Origin: Candidatus Cloacimonadales bacterium
Lineage (GTDB): Bacteria > Cloacimonadota > Cloacimonadia > Cloacimonadales > JAIOQZ01
Direction: 5' to 3'
DNA length: 64,000 nt
Assembly: GCA_963674825.1 (NCBI GenBank)
Contig: OY771587.1
Location: 1,760,001-1,824,000, forward strand
Part shown: positions 61,625 to 64,000 of the stretch, piece after piece
Position numbering within the stretch: position 1 is the stretch's first letter
How the letters are laid out: each line of letters begins with the position of its first letter
The notes under the pieces: generated by a model
Seen by the model: the letters and a program-made list of their open reading frames with translations, nothing else
The model's database searches: none
Told to the model about the DNA's origin: nothing
Made by a program: the position numbers and the translations under genes

Positions 61625-62336
61625 CACAGGCGGTAATCCCGATCGACCGCGTCCGGGAAGGATGTGGCTCAACAACATCTATCACGTCCACCAGCGGCTC
61701 TCGATGGCGTTCGGCAAAAAGGAAGATCATAATGCCATATTCCTATTCCGCATCGACAACAACATCAGTTCCGACGGCTCGCGCGCGATGATTCTGGTGC
61801 AATCGGAGGAAAAGCCGGATTGGGACCAGGCCTTCCATAACGCGCCTGATTTCCTCGCATTTCCACCGGAATGCAAACCCTACGAGCCTGTCTTTCAGAA
61901 AGGCGATATCCTGCGCTACCGGCTGCTGGCGAATCCCACGAAGAAGATCACGGTGAATCGCAAGAATGTGGATGGTGTGTGGATCGACTGTGAACCACGG
62001 AAAATACGCGTTTCGGTGGGTTACGATATTCAAATGCCCAATGAACTGGATGAAAGGCACAAGGAATGGCTTGAAAGGCAGGCAATGCATAGCGGTTTCG
62101 TCATCAAGAACTTCGAGCTACAACGCCTTTTCCGGGTCGTTGGCTACAGGCCGAATGGTGTTTCAACCAAAAGTGGAAGCTGGAACCTCGACAAGCAGCG
62201 ACTCACCTTCAACGCAGCATTGATGGAAGGAGTCCTCGAAGTCACCGATCCGAGCCAATTCATGGATACGATTCGCAAAGGCATCGGCTCGGCGAAGTCG
62301 TTCGGGTTCGGGCTGCTGTCTGTTATCCGGAGGTAG
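61596..62336 (+). CDS. cas6e: Type I-E crRNA-processing endoribonuclease Cas6e (Cse3/CasE)
   Basis: 'MYLSQL', 'YHVHQRL', 'LRYRLLANPTKK', Gly-rich loop 'GIGSAKSFGFGLLS'. Confidence 0.93.
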   Translation: MMYLSQLLIDTGGNPDRPRPGRMWLNNIYHVHQRLSMAFGKKEDHNAIFLFRIDNNISSDGSRAMILVQSEEKPDWDQAFHNAPDFLAFPPECKPYEPVFQKGDILRYRLLANPTKKITVNRKNVDGVWIDCEPRKIRVSVGYDIQMPNELDERHKEWLERQAMHSGFVIKNFELQRLFRVVGYRPNGVSTKSGSWNLDKQRLTFNAALMEGVLEVTDPSQFMDTIRKGIGSAKSFGFGLLSVIRR

Positions 62337-62346
62337 GAGGCGATCC

Positions 62347-63300
62347 ATGCTGACAAAGGATTATCACGAAGTCCCCAAGGTCCGTGACAAATGGAGCTGG
62401 CTCTACATAGAGCACGGCATCATCGACCGGGAAGACAAGGCCATCGCCGTACACGACCTTCGCGGATTGACGCCCGTTCCTTGCGACAACCTTTCCGTGT
62501 TGCTGCTTGGCCCGGGAACGAGTATCACGCATGCCGCAATAACGACTCTGGCAGACTGTGGATGCCTGGTCGTGTGGAGTGGTGAGCAAGGCGTAAGATT
62601 CTATGCATCGGGAAGCGGTGCAACCAGGAAGGCTTCTCATCTTCTCCGCCAAGTGAAACTCTGGGCGAACGAGTCTTCCCGACTGTACGTCGTACGCAGA
62701 ATGTACGAATTCCGCTTCCCCGAGAAACCGGACCCATCACTGACGCTGGAGCAGATCAGGGGTATGGAAGGCGTAAGGGTTCGTGACGCTTATTTCAATG
62801 CCTCACGCGATACTGGTGTTCCATGGAATGGGCGTAACTACGACCGACGAGACTGGAAGAATGCCGACCCGGTAAATAAAGCGCTATCCGTGGCGAATTC
62901 CTGCCTCTACGGGATATCTCACGCGGCGATAGTGGCTGCCGGATATTCCCCCGCGATCGGATTTGTGCATACCGGGAAGCAGCTATCGTTCGTTTACGAC
63001 GTCGCTGACCTGTACAAGACGGAATTGACGATACCCCTGGCTTTCCAGACCGTTGCCGAAGTGGATAGAAACCTCAACCGCGAGGTGCGCATCCGATGCC
63101 GGGACATGTTCCATAGGCATGGACTCCTCAAACGGATCGTGAAAGATATTCACGGCATCTTAGGCGCTACGCCACCCGAGGATGCCGATGACGACTTCGA
63201 CGCGGATCCGGCAAAACCCGGTGGATTATGGGACCCTGTAACCGGTGAATGTGCCGGCGGTGTTTCCTACGGCGAGGGTGGTGATAAGGAGGAAGAATGA
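62347..63300 (+). CDS. cas1: Type I-E Cas1
   Basis: '[13 protein letters not shown]', 'GEQGVRFYA', '[12 protein letters not shown]', '[11 protein letters not shown]'. Confidence 0.97.
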   Translation: MLTKDYHEVPKVRDKWSWLYIEHGIIDREDKAIAVHDLRGLTPVPCDNLSVLLLGPGTSITHAAITTLADCGCLVVWSGEQGVRFYASGSGATRKASHLLRQVKLWANESSRLYVVRRMYEFRFPEKPDPSLTLEQIRGMEGVRVRDAYFNASRDTGVPWNGRNYDRRDWKNADPVNKALSVANSCLYGISHAAIVAAGYSPAIGFVHTGKQLSFVYDVADLYKTELTIPLAFQTVAEVDRNLNREVRIRCRDMFHRHGLLKRIVKDIHGILGATPPEDADDDFDADPAKPGGLWDPVTGECAGGVSYGEGGDKEEE

Positions 63301-63581
63301 ACGTCATGATTCTCGAGAAGGTGCCTGTCTCACTCAGAGGAGAGCTGACTCGCTGGCTGCTGGAGGTGAAGGCAGGTGTGTTTGTCGGTAATGTCTCCGC
63401 CATGGTGCGCGACCGGCTATGGAAGAAAGTATGCGGTGGTTCCAAAGGCGGCGCTTGCATGATGCTGTGGTCAACGAACAACGAACAGGGTTTTCGTGTT
63501 GACTTCTGGGGTGCCAATAGTAGAATCGTCACAGATTGGGAGGGACTTAAGCTATTGACAAAGCCCTCGAAGCCCGATTAA
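63297..63581 (+). CDS. cas2: Type I-E Cas2
   Basis: '[33 protein letters not shown]', 'NNEQGF', 'DWEGLKL'. Confidence 0.95.
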   Translation: MNVMILEKVPVSLRGELTRWLLEVKAGVFVGNVSAMVRDRLWKKVCGGSKGGACMMLWSTNNEQGFRVDFWGANSRIVTDWEGLKLLTKPSKPD

Positions 63582-63588
63582 ATCAAGA

Positions 63589-64000
63589 GTATTCCCCACG
63601 CATGTGGGGGTGAACCGTCCTCGCCAGACACTATTCTATAATTGGTTCTGTATTCCCCACGCATGTGGGGGTGAACCGGAGGTATGATATGGCAGGATAT
63701 CTTGGATACGTATTCCCCACGCATGTGGGGGTGAACCGGTCCGATACATCGAACACCACTCCGAACTATTGTATTCCCCACGCATGTGGGGGTGAACCGA
63801 GGTGAAACTCGTTGTGAAGGCAGGAATTGAAGTATTCCCCACGCATGTGGGGGTGAACCGTTGCGCGGTCAGGAATTAAGCCGTGACGTATCGTATTCCC
63901 CACGCATGTGGGGGTGAACCGTCGGCCACCGTGCTGTCCCCAACGCTGTTGTAGTATTCCCCACGCATGTGGGGGTGAACCGAGGGCATCCTGAAGATTA
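63589..64000 (+). CRISPR. Type I-E CRISPR array, 7 identical 29-bp repeats, continues past the window edge
   Basis: GTATTCCCCACGCATGTGGGGGTGAACCG at 63589, 63650, 63710, 63771, 63832, 63893 and 63954; spacers of 32, 31, 32, 32, 32 and 32 bp plus a partial one. Confidence 0.99.

Larger units (their letters stand above)
36532..64000. mobile_element. tRNA-Thr-anchored integrative element / genomic island (right boundary not seen)
   Basis: The integrase lies just after the tRNA 3' end, followed by xis-like, replication, Rad52/Sak, PD-(D/E)XK and AAA-vWA genes. No housekeeping gene follows and no attR copy was found in the window. Confidence 0.65.

Noticed and set aside
63578..63842. Short minus-strand ORFs with repeated VHPHMRGEY
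   Set aside because: These are translations of the CRISPR repeats.

Overview
Bacterial chromosomal window. Repeated 'NYPNPFNP' FlgD/Por-type C-terminal tails on secreted proteins, an anaerobe oxidative-stress operon and lpxK suggest Candidatus Cloacimonadota or a related diderm anaerobe (inference). Bases 1-36.4 kb look mostly like core genome: the end of an aryl-polyene-like lipid cluster (LolA-like, DUF3261-like, MMPL), an Eis-like acetyltransferase, a frameshifted secreted protein, mutM-fprA-ferritin-desulfoferrodoxin-rubrerythrin-rubredoxin, cobO-lpxK, a ~3450-aa secreted cysteine-protease/adhesin, two hybrid histidine kinases and obgE-dprA-rph. At tRNA-Thr(CGT) (36456-36531) an integrative element begins. 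It carries a tyrosine integrase, an excisionase-like HTH protein, a phage-type replication protein with internal 33-bp repeats, a Rad52/Sak annealase plus a PD-(D/E)XK nuclease, a MoxR-AAA/vWA module and secreted cargo genes. The window ends in its most notable system: a type I-E CRISPR-Cas locus (cas8e-cas11-cas7-cas5-cas6e-cas1-cas2-array) with no cas3 in the window and an HNH endonuclease domain fused to the C-terminus of Cas5, i.e. an HNH-Cascade variant. The array has 7 identical repeats and continues past the window edge. All calls come from reading motifs by eye; no database searches were run.
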